From positions 39,349-103,348 of the IMG/VR virus record IMGVR_UViG_3300044693_000261: 64,000 nt of DNA, one strand, 5' to 3'. How positions within the stretch are numbered: position 1 is the first letter of the stretch; every line of letters begins with the position of its first letter. Under the pieces are notes generated by a model, which was given only the letters and a program-made list of their open reading frames with translations, did not search any database and was not told where the DNA came from. The translations under genes were made by a program, and so were the position numbers. Below, in pieces: positions 26,809-35,696 of the stretch. The DNA comes from a virus (taxonomy: Duplodnaviria > Caudoviricetes).

Positions 26809-27207
26809 CTATCTGTCTCTGCGGCGGACCACGACCAGCACCCGGTGCGCGAGTTTCGCCGTCAGCGCGCCAGCGATAGCCGCCGCCGTAAGCGGTATCA
26901 CCGTGCCCGCGCTGACAGCTTGAAGGATCAATGAGACTGTCCAGGTCAGACTCGCCGAGCTGAGAAAGATCACGCCACCCGCCTCGACCTGCGGCCTGGG
27001 CAGCACGAGGCCCACCACGCCCGCGATGCCGCCGACCAGGCAGAACAGTGCCCAAACGTCCACGATGACCCGTCCGCCCTGCGACAGCAGGGAGGGCGAC
27101 GGGAACGCGAACAGCGCGAGCGCGCCGGCCAGCGCGAACAACGAGTAGCAGCAGGCCAGCAAGATCAGGTCACCGTCACGACGAAACCATCCGGCCAGCC
27201 TGCGCAT
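26809..27207 (-). CDS. 4-TM membrane protein (possible second holin)
   Basis: Four hydrophobic segments, basic C-terminus. Confidence 0.75.
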   Translation of the reverse strand: MRRLAGWFRRDGDLILLACCYSLFALAGALALFAFPSPSLLSQGGRVIVDVWALFCLVGGIAGVVGLVLPRPQVEAGGVIFLSSASLTWTVSLILQAVSAGTVIPLTAAAIAGALTAKLAHRVLVVVRRRDR

Positions 27208-27210
27208 ACG

Positions 27211-27447
27211 TCACCCCTCGGTCGGCGTGGCCCCGTTCAGCTGCCGGGTGTGGTGCTCGATCAGGGCCGCGATCTCGTCAGCCTTCCTGCGGACGTGGGC
27301 CAACGCCTCGGGGTTGCCGATCACTTCCGCCTCCTCGCACTCCAGCTTCAGCCGATAGTGATCGGCCTCCAGTGCCAGCAGCCTCTCGCGGCGCAGCTGC
27401 TCCTCGCCTCTGTCGTCGAGAATGGTGTATCCGTAGCTCGCGGACAT
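27211..27447 (-). CDS. Small protein after tail fibre (possible fibre chaperone)
   Basis: GGAGAGG RBS; position. Confidence 0.7.
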   Translation of the reverse strand: MSASYGYTILDDRGEEQLRRERLLALEADHYRLKLECEEAEVIGNPEALAHVRRKADEIAALIEHHTRQLNGATPTEG

Positions 27448-27463
27448 GGGTTTCCTCTCCGGG

Positions 27464-29191
27464 TTACGCGGCAATGTAGGATTCGATGATGACTTCCCGC
27501 GCCCTGATTTCAGCACTGCGCAGGTAGATCCATGGCGACGCCGCGCCGATGGTGTAGACGGATTTGAATTGCACCGTCGCGCCGGCGGGCACGCTGAGCA
27601 GCGTGTGCCGGGCGTCGAACAGGTCACCCGTCGGCCGGTTGCCCGGATTGGGGGTGCCCTGCGCGTTCTCCACCAGCCGATCAACGTCGACGTACGACGC
27701 GCCGTTGATCTTCACCTGGAGCTTGTGCGAATAGCTCTGTCCGTCGGCCTCATCCGGCACGCCGGAGCCCAACATCAATTCCGTGATGACGCTGATTTCG
27801 ATGTCGGTCGCCGTCAGCGATTTCACCGTCATCGCCGGCCACGTATAGCTGAATGCGTTGCTGGGCAGCACCGCATTGCCCTGCGTCGGGCCGTCGCCGG
27901 GAGAAACCCACGCTTTGCGGCAGAAGTGGGTCACGTTCTGGCGCATGTCCCGCAACGTCGCCGCGCTGCGCCACGGCACCGCGCCCTGCATCCGGCCGTC
28001 GGCTTCCCAGCTGCCTACCTGGGTAGTGCTGACCGAGGGACCGCTGCGCACGGCCTGCTGGATGGTCAAGAACGGCTGACTGAAGTCGAGGAACCGGTAC
28101 AGCGTCTGGGTGGGACTGGCCGGCAGCAGCTCCTGGGACTGGAATCCGGGCAGCCGCGCCGACCAGCCGGCGGGACCGGCCGACAGGTAGACGGAGTCCA
28201 GGGCCGGGTTCGTTTCGTCGGCCAGCGAGGTGTAGCGGAACGACAGCCAGCTGGTGTTGCTCCCGTTGGCGCTGCCGCGTACGTAGAGCACGTTGCTCGC
28301 CAGGGTGATGCTGCCGCTCGTGCCGGCCACGCCCCATGGCGTGCGCCCCAGGGTGATGCCGTCGCGCTGCACCTGCGCGATCGGCGCGCTGTCGCTTGAG
28401 TCCCGGTAGGCCGCCAGCAGTGATTTGGTGGTCGCCGTCGCCTGCCCGTACAGCGCGAGGCCGACCGTGTCCGCGCCGCCGGCGGTGGGGCCGACCGCGA
28501 GCGCATTGGCCGTGCCCAGGCTCGCGCCGCCGAACGAGCTGGGCTGGGTGGCGGACAGCTTGCCGGTGCCGTCGATGTTGACGACGGCCGAGCCGGCCTG
28601 GTTGAGCATCCGCAGCAGCGAGCCGGGAGTGCCACCGCCCGAGTACGCCTGCGTAAGTGTCAGCACGTGCTCGTTCGCGGCGTAGGCGGTGATCTGCGCC
28701 CGGACCGTGGAGGCCGGTAGCGCGGTTCCGCCGACGGTCAGCCGCCCCTGGCTGGTGTCCGACGGGTGTCCGACGGCGATGCCCTTGCGCAGCGACAGCG
28801 CGCCGTCGAACGTCAGGTTGGACGCCCAGCCGGCGACGTCGAGCGTGGGGTGCTCGACCCGCAGCGCGTCCTTGGTGGGGTCGCCCAGCGCTGGGTTGAC
28901 CAGCGCCCGGATCAGCTGCGTGGTGGGGATCGTCGGACCGCCGACGTGATACCACCCCGAGGCGTCGTCGCGCCGCCACAGCGTGCGGTAGGGCGCGCTG
29001 CCCTGCGACTGCCAGACATAACGCCCCTGATAGAGGCTGGTGGTGGGCAGTGCCGAGACGGTGACGCCGTCGTCGTAAGCCGCCCACGTCTCCAGGTTGA
29101 GGAACGCGGCGTCGAAGTCGACCCGGCTCGGCGAGTCGGTGCCGGCCCCCCACTGCGGGAGCTGAAACCGGGTGGTGAGGGTCTTGGTCAT
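27464..29191 (-). CDS. Tail fibre / receptor-binding protein
   Basis: N-terminal TTRFQLPQW..G.D motif, beta-rich body, follows baseplate genes. Confidence 0.8.
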   Translation of the reverse strand: MTKTLTTRFQLPQWGAGTDSPSRVDFDAAFLNLETWAAYDDGVTVSALPTTSLYQGRYVWQSQGSAPYRTLWRRDDASGWYHVGGPTIPTTQLIRALVNPALGDPTKDALRVEHPTLDVAGWASNLTFDGALSLRKGIAVGHPSDTSQGRLTVGGTALPASTVRAQITAYAANEHVLTLTQAYSGGGTPGSLLRMLNQAGSAVVNIDGTGKLSATQPSSFGGASLGTANALAVGPTAGGADTVGLALYGQATATTKSLLAAYRDSSDSAPIAQVQRDGITLGRTPWGVAGTSGSITLASNVLYVRGSANGSNTSWLSFRYTSLADETNPALDSVYLSAGPAGWSARLPGFQSQELLPASPTQTLYRFLDFSQPFLTIQQAVRSGPSVSTTQVGSWEADGRMQGAVPWRSAATLRDMRQNVTHFCRKAWVSPGDGPTQGNAVLPSNAFSYTWPAMTVKSLTATDIEISVITELMLGSGVPDEADGQSYSHKLQVKINGASYVDVDRLVENAQGTPNPGNRPTGDLFDARHTLLSVPAGATVQFKSVYTIGAASPWIYLRSAEIRAREVIIESYIAA

Positions 29192-29204
29192 CGGTGGGTG
29201 CTCC

Positions 29205-30389
29205 TCACACGAGCCGGAACAGGACGGCGTCGAAGTCGACGTGGTTGGCGACGGTCACCACGCCGCCGTCGAGGGTCACCACGGCCTTGGCCGCGCCGAC
29301 CGGGGCATGGTGGGTGGCGGTGCCGCGCGTCCACACACCGGCGCTGGCGGTCATCGCCGAGGAGGTGGTGCTGATCGTGCCGCCCGAGGAGTTCTGCCAG
29401 GTGACCAGTAGGGCAGCGCTGGCCAGCGCCGCTTGCGGGTTAACCGACACCCCCACCAAGTAGTCGCGGTCGGCCAAGATGCCGGTGATCACCGGCGAGA
29501 CGAGGCCGGTATGGCTGGCGGTGGTCGTCGAGGTGACCCGAGCTATCTTCGCGCCGTCGGGGCCACCGGTGACGCTGGCCGCCGTGGATGCGTTCAGCGC
29601 AACCCACGGGCTGACGCCGGTCTCGAAACTGGCGTTGGGCGCGAGGTTGTCCGGCACGTCCGCGTAGGTCAAGCCGGTCTCCTCCAGTGCCGTCCAGGTA
29701 GGTGACGCTTCCCAGTCGGCCCAGGTCGGTCGGCTGGCCTCCAATGTGTCCCAGGTGGCCTGCGTGGACTGCGTCCACAGCACCACGCCGGCGGGCTTGA
29801 CGCCCTTGCGCAGGATCGCGCCGACCACGGCGAGGGGGTCGGGCGTCTCCGACCCTCGGGTGATGATCGTGACATCCCATGGTCCGGGGGTCACGCCATC
29901 GGGCCGGTACTGCGGCACGCACCGGGCGTACCGGCTGCCGATCAGCGCGCTGCGGGCGGCGTCCTCCATGGCACGTTTGGTGCCCGCCTTGTAGCCGCTG
30001 GTGGCGTAGGCGATGGTGTCGCGCTGCTCGGTCTCCGAGGCTGCCGGATCGAGCCGGACACCGACCAGTTGCGCCAGCCATGGCAGCCACGCGGCATCGG
30101 CGGCGAACGGGTCGCCGAGACTGGACAGCCGCGATGTGCGCGCATCCCGGTACAGGGTCATCTCGTCGGGCGAGAGCGCCCACGGCTCGGGGGTCGCCGG
30201 CCCGACGGCGCGCGAGCCCCGGAACGCCTCGACCAGGTCGTCGATGTCGCCGGCCGCGCCCAACACGCAATTCAGGTACCGCTTGAGCAGCCAGTCCTGG
30301 CCGGCGTCCAGCTGCCGGTAGATCCCGGGCAACCGGTGGTACAGCCGGTCTACCAGCGTGCTGACGTCGGGCGGCATCGGCTCGGTCAT
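29205..30389 (-). CDS. Baseplate wedge protein (P2 gpI-like) with C-terminal carbohydrate-binding-like domain
   Basis: DP...WLPWLAQLVG, GT, VKPAGV; NASFETG..PW. Confidence 0.85.
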   Translation of the reverse strand: MTEPMPPDVSTLVDRLYHRLPGIYRQLDAGQDWLLKRYLNCVLGAAGDIDDLVEAFRGSRAVGPATPEPWALSPDEMTLYRDARTSRLSSLGDPFAADAAWLPWLAQLVGVRLDPAASETEQRDTIAYATSGYKAGTKRAMEDAARSALIGSRYARCVPQYRPDGVTPGPWDVTIITRGSETPDPLAVVGAILRKGVKPAGVVLWTQSTQATWDTLEASRPTWADWEASPTWTALEETGLTYADVPDNLAPNASFETGVSPWVALNASTAASVTGGPDGAKIARVTSTTTASHTGLVSPVITGILADRDYLVGVSVNPQAALASAALLVTWQNSSGGTISTTSSAMTASAGVWTRGTATHHAPVGAAKAVVTLDGGVVTVANHVDFDAVLFRLV

Positions 30390-31552
30390 GGGGCCGCATC
30401 CACTGTGATCGTCAGCGCGCCAGCCTTGGGCAGGCTGGTCGGGTCGGTCAGTGCGTAGTCGGCGGCACTGCCGGCGATGGTGACCGTGACGACTCGGTCG
30501 ACGCCCGGCACCCGGTCGACGAGGCTGATCACCTCGTTGAGGTAGATCGAGCGGCCGAAGTTCCACAACAGCGGATTGAGGTAGGCCGTCAAGGTCTGAT
30601 TGATCGAGGTCTGCACTACCGTGGTGTCGTAGCCAGGCAATGCCACGACGTGCACGGCGGCCGCGACGGTGACCACCGTGATGTCGGTGACGTGCACGAT
30701 CAGCATCGCGGCGGCCTGGCTGTCGAGGTCGGCCTGTATCGCGGTCTTGGTGCCGCTGGACAGGGCGGTTCCGTCCGTCGCGAGCACGCAGACGGTGATG
30801 TGCCCCGGGTCGGCTCCGGGACTGTGGCCGAGGCCGGGCTGATAGAGGTCGATCGCCAGCGCCCGGCCGACGTTGACGTTGGCCAACGCCGCCTCCTCGA
30901 AGTGGCGCGGCAGCACCAGCGTGCTGGTCAGCCGCGAGAGCGTGGCCACGCCTCGATCCCGCCAGCTGTCGGTCGTCTCCGGATCGCGGCCGTCGGCGAC
31001 GGCGGTTGCGAGCACCACGCTGTCGATGTAGGGCACTGGGTCGGCGAGGGTGAGCGCGGTGCCGGCGGCCACGCCGTTGCCGGCGGCGGTGTTGGTGTTG
31101 CTGATCAGGTTGACGACACCGCTGGTCACGCCGGACGCGATCACCAGGTCGGGCGGCTCGACCAGGAACGTCACCACGCTGCCGCCGGCCAGCGGCAGGT
31201 AGATCCGAGTGCCGGCGGGCACGCGGTGGCCGAGCGAGTCGCCGAACGTGATGGTGGCGGTCGCGGTGGCCGGCGCGCCGTAATCCTTGTCGACGCCCAC
31301 CAGGTGCAGCACAGCCTCGGCGACCGCGCCGGGCAGCCGGTTGATTGCCGTGACGGCCTCGGCGATCTCCAGCGCCACCGACTCGATCAGCAGCACCTCC
31401 ATGCTGCCTTCGCGCAGCGTCAGCTCGGGCACGTTGAGCTGGAGCGCGGCCAGGGCGGTCTGAATGATCTCCTGGTCGGTCCGGTCGAACGGCCGCAGGT
31501 CGGTGTAGGCCGTGATGTCCGGCGTCGGATTGACCAGAAACGGACTGCTCAC
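30386..31552 (-). CDS. Baseplate J/gp47-like protein
   Basis: ATITF...VPAGT, GRDPET...WR.R, VPGVDRV. Confidence 0.9.
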   Translation of the reverse strand: MSSPFLVNPTPDITAYTDLRPFDRTDQEIIQTALAALQLNVPELTLREGSMEVLLIESVALEIAEAVTAINRLPGAVAEAVLHLVGVDKDYGAPATATATITFGDSLGHRVPAGTRIYLPLAGGSVVTFLVEPPDLVIASGVTSGVVNLISNTNTAAGNGVAAGTALTLADPVPYIDSVVLATAVADGRDPETTDSWRDRGVATLSRLTSTLVLPRHFEEAALANVNVGRALAIDLYQPGLGHSPGADPGHITVCVLATDGTALSSGTKTAIQADLDSQAAAMLIVHVTDITVVTVAAAVHVVALPGYDTTVVQTSINQTLTAYLNPLLWNFGRSIYLNEVISLVDRVPGVDRVVTVTIAGSAADYALTDPTSLPKAGALTITVDAAP

Positions 31553-31884
31553 GCGCTGCCTCCCTGCGTGCCGTTGACCCACTGCCAGGCCACGGTGACC
31601 TCCTCGCGGTCACCGAATCCGTCGTCGCCGAGGAGGCGCACGGTCAGCTCGGTCACCTGCACCGTCGGCCCGAAGTCAAGCAAGTGGCGCTGGAGCGCGC
31701 CGAGCTGGAAGCCGGCGAAGGCGGCGTCGGCCACGCCGAAGGTGGGGCACTGGATCCGCTCGCCGCGCTGGGTCAGCATGGCGACCGCGATCTGCTCCTC
31801 CACGTCGGCGTCGCTGCCCTGCTCGACGGTCGCGATGGAGCCGTCCGGGCCGATGCGGAACGGGAAGCTGATCACTCGGGGCAC
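31549..31884 (-). CDS. Baseplate wedge / sheath initiator (gp25/GpW-like)
   Basis: SFPFR...LT..GER...PTFG. Confidence 0.85.
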   Translation of the reverse strand: MPRVISFPFRIGPDGSIATVEQGSDADVEEQIAVAMLTQRGERIQCPTFGVADAAFAGFQLGALQRHLLDFGPTVQVTELTVRLLGDDGFGDREEVTVAWQWVNGTQGGSA

Positions 31885-31935
31885 GCGCGCATCGTCCCAT
31901 GTCGCCCGGAGCGCGCCGGGCAGGCGCGCGGCCGG

Positions 31936-33021
31936 TCAGTCCAGCGACACCCAGGGCATCGACGTGAAGTACGACCATGTGCCGTCGGCGGTGTTGAGCG
32001 TGCTCGGCGGGCTGCCGGTCAGCGCCTTGGACGCGGCGACCCGCATGCTGCCCTGCCCGAACAGCATCGAGTTGTCCAGCGCGGGAGTGCCGCGCACCGT
32101 GAACGAGCCAGAGGTGACCTGGAGCAGGACCACGACGAATCCGGCGGGCACCACGAACACGCTGGCGGTCGGCGCGGCCTGGAACGGCATGTTGCCGACC
32201 GCCGCCGTGATGCTGGGGCCGGTCGAGACCAGCGACATGGCGCTGCCCGCCGTCGAGCCGGCGTAGATCGAGGCCACCACCGTCGCGCCCGCGCCGGACA
32301 GCACGCCCAGGTGGGCGTTGAGCATGGTGATCGGCAGCGAGCTGTAGAGGGTGAACGCGTAGCCGTTGCCGCTGGACAGCGAGGCCGAGGCGGTGCTGGC
32401 CGCGTACCGGTCCATGGTGGTGACCGCGTCGCCGTAGATGTTGAACAGTTTCTTGTTGTCGAACGGCTCGCGGCCCAGAAGCTGATTGATCGTGGTGGTG
32501 TTCGTGGCGATGTTCGCGGTGTTGGTGGCCACGTCGCTCGCGGCGGCCGCGCCGATCGAGCCCAGGCTGATCGGGTCGGTTCCGCCGGTGGCGTGTGTGG
32601 CGTGGTGCGGCAGCGGCGTGCGCGCGTCGGACAGCCGCGCGTCGTCGGCGGCCGTGATGCTGCCGGCCGTGGTGCCGACCGGCAGTCGGTTGTAGGCGAC
32701 CTTGCGGCTGGCGTCCAACGCGGCGACACCGCCCGCCTGGTCCAGTTGGGAGTCGTCCAGCTTGGCGTCCAGCGCGGCCTGCAATCCGACGATGTCGGAG
32801 ATCTCGCCGGCGCGGCCGGGCAGGCGGCCGACGATCACCAGCGAGTCCACCGACTCGCCCAGCTGGGCCAGCACAACCCGCTCGCCCACCGTGAGGCCGG
32901 CGACCATCGACTGCACAGGTCCCCAGCGCAGGCCGGGCGCGCGGGTGATGATCTCGCAGCTGTAGCCCTGCGACTCGACCGAGACGATCCGGCCGAGATG
33001 CATATAGCCGTACTCGGGCAT
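31936..33021 (-). CDS. Baseplate spike (gpV-like N-terminus) with fibre-like extension
   Basis: GRIV...VGERVVL OB-like segment, then GLQAALDAK, DARLSDARTP, HATGGTDPI fibre motifs. Confidence 0.7.
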   Translation of the reverse strand: MPEYGYMHLGRIVSVESQGYSCEIITRAPGLRWGPVQSMVAGLTVGERVVLAQLGESVDSLVIVGRLPGRAGEISDIVGLQAALDAKLDDSQLDQAGGVAALDASRKVAYNRLPVGTTAGSITAADDARLSDARTPLPHHATHATGGTDPISLGSIGAAAASDVATNTANIATNTTTINQLLGREPFDNKKLFNIYGDAVTTMDRYAASTASASLSSGNGYAFTLYSSLPITMLNAHLGVLSGAGATVVASIYAGSTAGSAMSLVSTGPSITAAVGNMPFQAAPTASVFVVPAGFVVVLLQVTSGSFTVRGTPALDNSMLFGQGSMRVAASKALTGSPPSTLNTADGTWSYFTSMPWVSLD

Positions 33022-33031
33022 GCCGGCCCCC

Positions 33032-34840
33032 TCAGTACTTGCAGCCGGGGATGCGGCCGGCTGCCGTCCAGCCGCGTCCGTTGGCGTTGCCCTGTCGGAT
33101 GCCGTCCTGCTCGTTCATCGCCTCGATCGTCTTGCCGTTGCCCAGACTGATCGCGACGTGGCCGGGCTGGAACAGCAGCGCGCCCTTGGTGTTGATCCCG
33201 TCCTGGATCGAGATGAGCGTGCCGTGCTGACTGCACCACGCCTGTTGCTGCTCGGAGGTGCGCGGGCAGTCGGTGATGCCGCAGCGGGCACAGCACCACT
33301 GCACGAGCTCGGAGCAGTCGAACGCGCGCGGGTTCGGATCGCTCGGCGACGCCTGCGCGCCGTAGACGTACGCCTTGCCGGCCTGCTGGAGCGCCAGCGC
33401 CACGATCTGCGATGCCTGGCTGTCGTAGGAGCCACCCGAGGTGCCGGCCGCGCTGGCGCTGCCCGAGTTGGGGCTGGTCGACTGCGGCGGCTGCGGTGGC
33501 GGGTCGACCGGCTCGATCAGCGTGACGTCCGCGCCATCGACATCGGGACCCAGGTCATGCGCCACTTTCATGACGATCATGCGCCGGAATCCGTCGCCCT
33601 GGACACCGGGGGTGAAGGTGATGTCGACCGGGACACCGGGCCGGAAGAACGGCGCGCGGTTGTTCGGGACCCGACCCTCCACCTGGAGCACGCTGTTGTT
33701 GCTGGCGATCGAGGCGGCGGTGACCGAGGGGATCTCCAGCCAGCGGCGGCCGTCGTCGGGCAGATCCCAGCCGATCTGAAGCACGCCGCCGGCGCACCAC
33801 TGCATTGCGAACGCCGCCGAGCCGAACACCAGCCGCGCGCCGGACACGAACACGTACTTGCCCAGTTCCTTGGCCAGCCGAACGATCGTTGTCCACGCCG
33901 AGGGCTTGTCGCCGGTGCCGCTGGTCGAGGTCTGGTCCGGCACGTCGCGGGAGATCACCGACTGCGTGGGCACCGACTCGCCGAGGAAGCACCGATTCGG
34001 GTCGAGGCCGACGGTCTGAAGCTCTTGGGCGATCCACTCGGTGGCGCTGATGCCGGCCGCCGTACGCGGGCCGGTCAGCCCCATGAGCGCGAACACGATG
34101 TCGTCGATGCAGGCGAGATCCACTTGGCCGGTGCCGGCGGGACCGCCGGTCATGGTGAAAGAGTCCATTCGCAGGTTCAGGTCCGACCAGCTCACGTGCA
34201 GGCCCTGGGTCCACAGTCCGCGCGCCATCAGGCCGTAGTTCACGTCGTTCACCGACAGGCTCAAGTTCGGCACGGTGCTCATGCCAGCCGTCCACTTCGC
34301 GTCGCCGACCACGCTGTTGCCGATGTCGCCTTCCAGCGCCGCGCCGAGCACACGCACCGGACCGAGGCCGCCGATCATCGGATTGTCGGCCTGCTGAACC
34401 ACGCCGGGGCCAGCCGAGGTGTAGCTGGGACCCGGCGCGCCGTAGGTGACGGCGGTCGACTTGGATCCCGATGAGTCCGACCCGGGCAGGCTGCCGGTCG
34501 TGCTGGCCGCCTGCGCCACACCTTGCCGAGCCTCGGCCATGTACTGCTGATACTTGCCCGAGGTGTAGGTGGACCACGCCCGTAGTCCCTGGCCGTCGTA
34601 GATCTTCTTGGCGCACTGCGTGTTGAACGTCGGGTCGAACAGCTGGTTGGGGTCGTACCCGTGCACCGAGTTGATCTGGAACAAGCCACGGTCGACGGTG
34701 CCGTTGGCGTCGTTGAACGTGGCGTCGGTGCGGAACCCCGACTCGGCCTTGGCGATGGCGACCATGGTGGCCTGGTCGCCATCCGGGAAGCCGGCCTGTT
34801 TGACCAGGCCGGCTACCTGCGCCGCCGACAGGACCGTCAT
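33032..34840 (-). CDS. Baseplate hub with lytic transglycosylase and NlpC/P60 domains
   Basis: AKAESGF...GLFQIN...AWSTY; C-terminal FDCSELV...GHVAI. Confidence 0.9.
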   Translation of the reverse strand: MTVLSAAQVAGLVKQAGFPDGDQATMVAIAKAESGFRTDATFNDANGTVDRGLFQINSVHGYDPNQLFDPTFNTQCAKKIYDGQGLRAWSTYTSGKYQQYMAEARQGVAQAASTTGSLPGSDSSGSKSTAVTYGAPGPSYTSAGPGVVQQADNPMIGGLGPVRVLGAALEGDIGNSVVGDAKWTAGMSTVPNLSLSVNDVNYGLMARGLWTQGLHVSWSDLNLRMDSFTMTGGPAGTGQVDLACIDDIVFALMGLTGPRTAAGISATEWIAQELQTVGLDPNRCFLGESVPTQSVISRDVPDQTSTSGTGDKPSAWTTIVRLAKELGKYVFVSGARLVFGSAAFAMQWCAGGVLQIGWDLPDDGRRWLEIPSVTAASIASNNSVLQVEGRVPNNRAPFFRPGVPVDITFTPGVQGDGFRRMIVMKVAHDLGPDVDGADVTLIEPVDPPPQPPQSTSPNSGSASAAGTSGGSYDSQASQIVALALQQAGKAYVYGAQASPSDPNPRAFDCSELVQWCCARCGITDCPRTSEQQQAWCSQHGTLISIQDGINTKGALLFQPGHVAISLGNGKTIEAMNEQDGIRQGNANGRGWTAAGRIPGCKY

Positions 34841-34995
34841 GGCTTCTTACGGCCGCTGCGCAGCGCGCCGACCAGAGCAGTGAGCAGGAACAGGCAGATA
34901 CCGACGATGGCCAGCCAGAACAAGCCCTTGATCACGAAGCCGAACACGGTGGCGGCGGCCCAGACGACCAGCAAGATCAGGATGAACGCGAGCAT
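34837..34995 (-). CDS. 52-aa 2-TM membrane protein
   Basis: AGGAGG RBS; MLAFILILLVVWAAATVFGFVIKGLFWLAIVGICLFLLTALVGALRSGRKKP; ATGA overlap with hub gene. Confidence 0.8.
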   Translation of the reverse strand: MLAFILILLVVWAAATVFGFVIKGLFWLAIVGICLFLLTALVGALRSGRKKP

Positions 34996-35004
34996 GGCAA
35001 CCTC

Positions 35005-35682
35005 CTACGGGATGGTGAACACCTGGCCGGGATAGATCCAGTGCGGATCTTTGATCTTGTCGCGGTTCGCGTCGAAGATCCTCGGCCACAGCGCGCCGTT
35101 GCCGTAGTAGCGGATCGCGATGTTCCACAGGCAGTCGCCGCTGACCACGGTGTAGGTTCTCGCCGGCGCGGGCGGCGGCGCGGGCGGCGGCGGCGGGTAG
35201 GTAATCGGCCCGACCGCCGGCGCGGGATCTGAGGCTCGCGTCAGGGTGATCGAGCAGGTGGCTCGCGTGATCTCGTTGCTGTCGGGGTGGCGCTGCTCGG
35301 AAGACACCGACACATCGGTCAGCCGCCACAGGCCACCCTCGTTGGGACCGTAGTTGACCAGAACCCGCTCGTTCTGCCTGGCCAGCGCCTTGATCGCGGC
35401 GAATTCTCCGGTCTGCACGAACAGCATGTCGTGTCGGTCCGCCATCAGGAACGAGAACTTGAGCGTGTCCAGAGGCTGGCTCTTGCGCAGCAGCAACGGC
35501 GTGTTGCCGGGCCGGTCGACGGTGACCCAGTCCGGCGCGATGCCGCCGTACTCGATCGCGGTCGGCGCGAACGGAACGGTGAGGGTCACGCTGCTCGACT
35601 CGTTATAGAGGTACATCCGGTGACCGCCGACGCCCCGGAATCTGCGCCCGCTGATCGGATCACGAATGATCACCACCGCCAT
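35005..35682 (-). CDS. LysM-domain tail tube initiator
   Basis: YTVVSGDCLWNIA.RYYG...IYPGQVFTIP; follows tape measure. Confidence 0.9.
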   Translation of the reverse strand: MAVVIIRDPISGRRFRGVGGHRMYLYNESSSVTLTVPFAPTAIEYGGIAPDWVTVDRPGNTPLLLRKSQPLDTLKFSFLMADRHDMLFVQTGEFAAIKALARQNERVLVNYGPNEGGLWRLTDVSVSSEQRHPDSNEITRATCSITLTRASDPAPAVGPITYPPPPPAPPPAPARTYTVVSGDCLWNIAIRYYGNGALWPRIFDANRDKIKDPHWIYPGQVFTIP

Positions 35683-35696
35683 GTCGGATCACCTCC

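Noticed and set aside
27464-29191. Diversity-generating retroelement target
   Set aside because: No reverse transcriptase or template repeat noticed in the window
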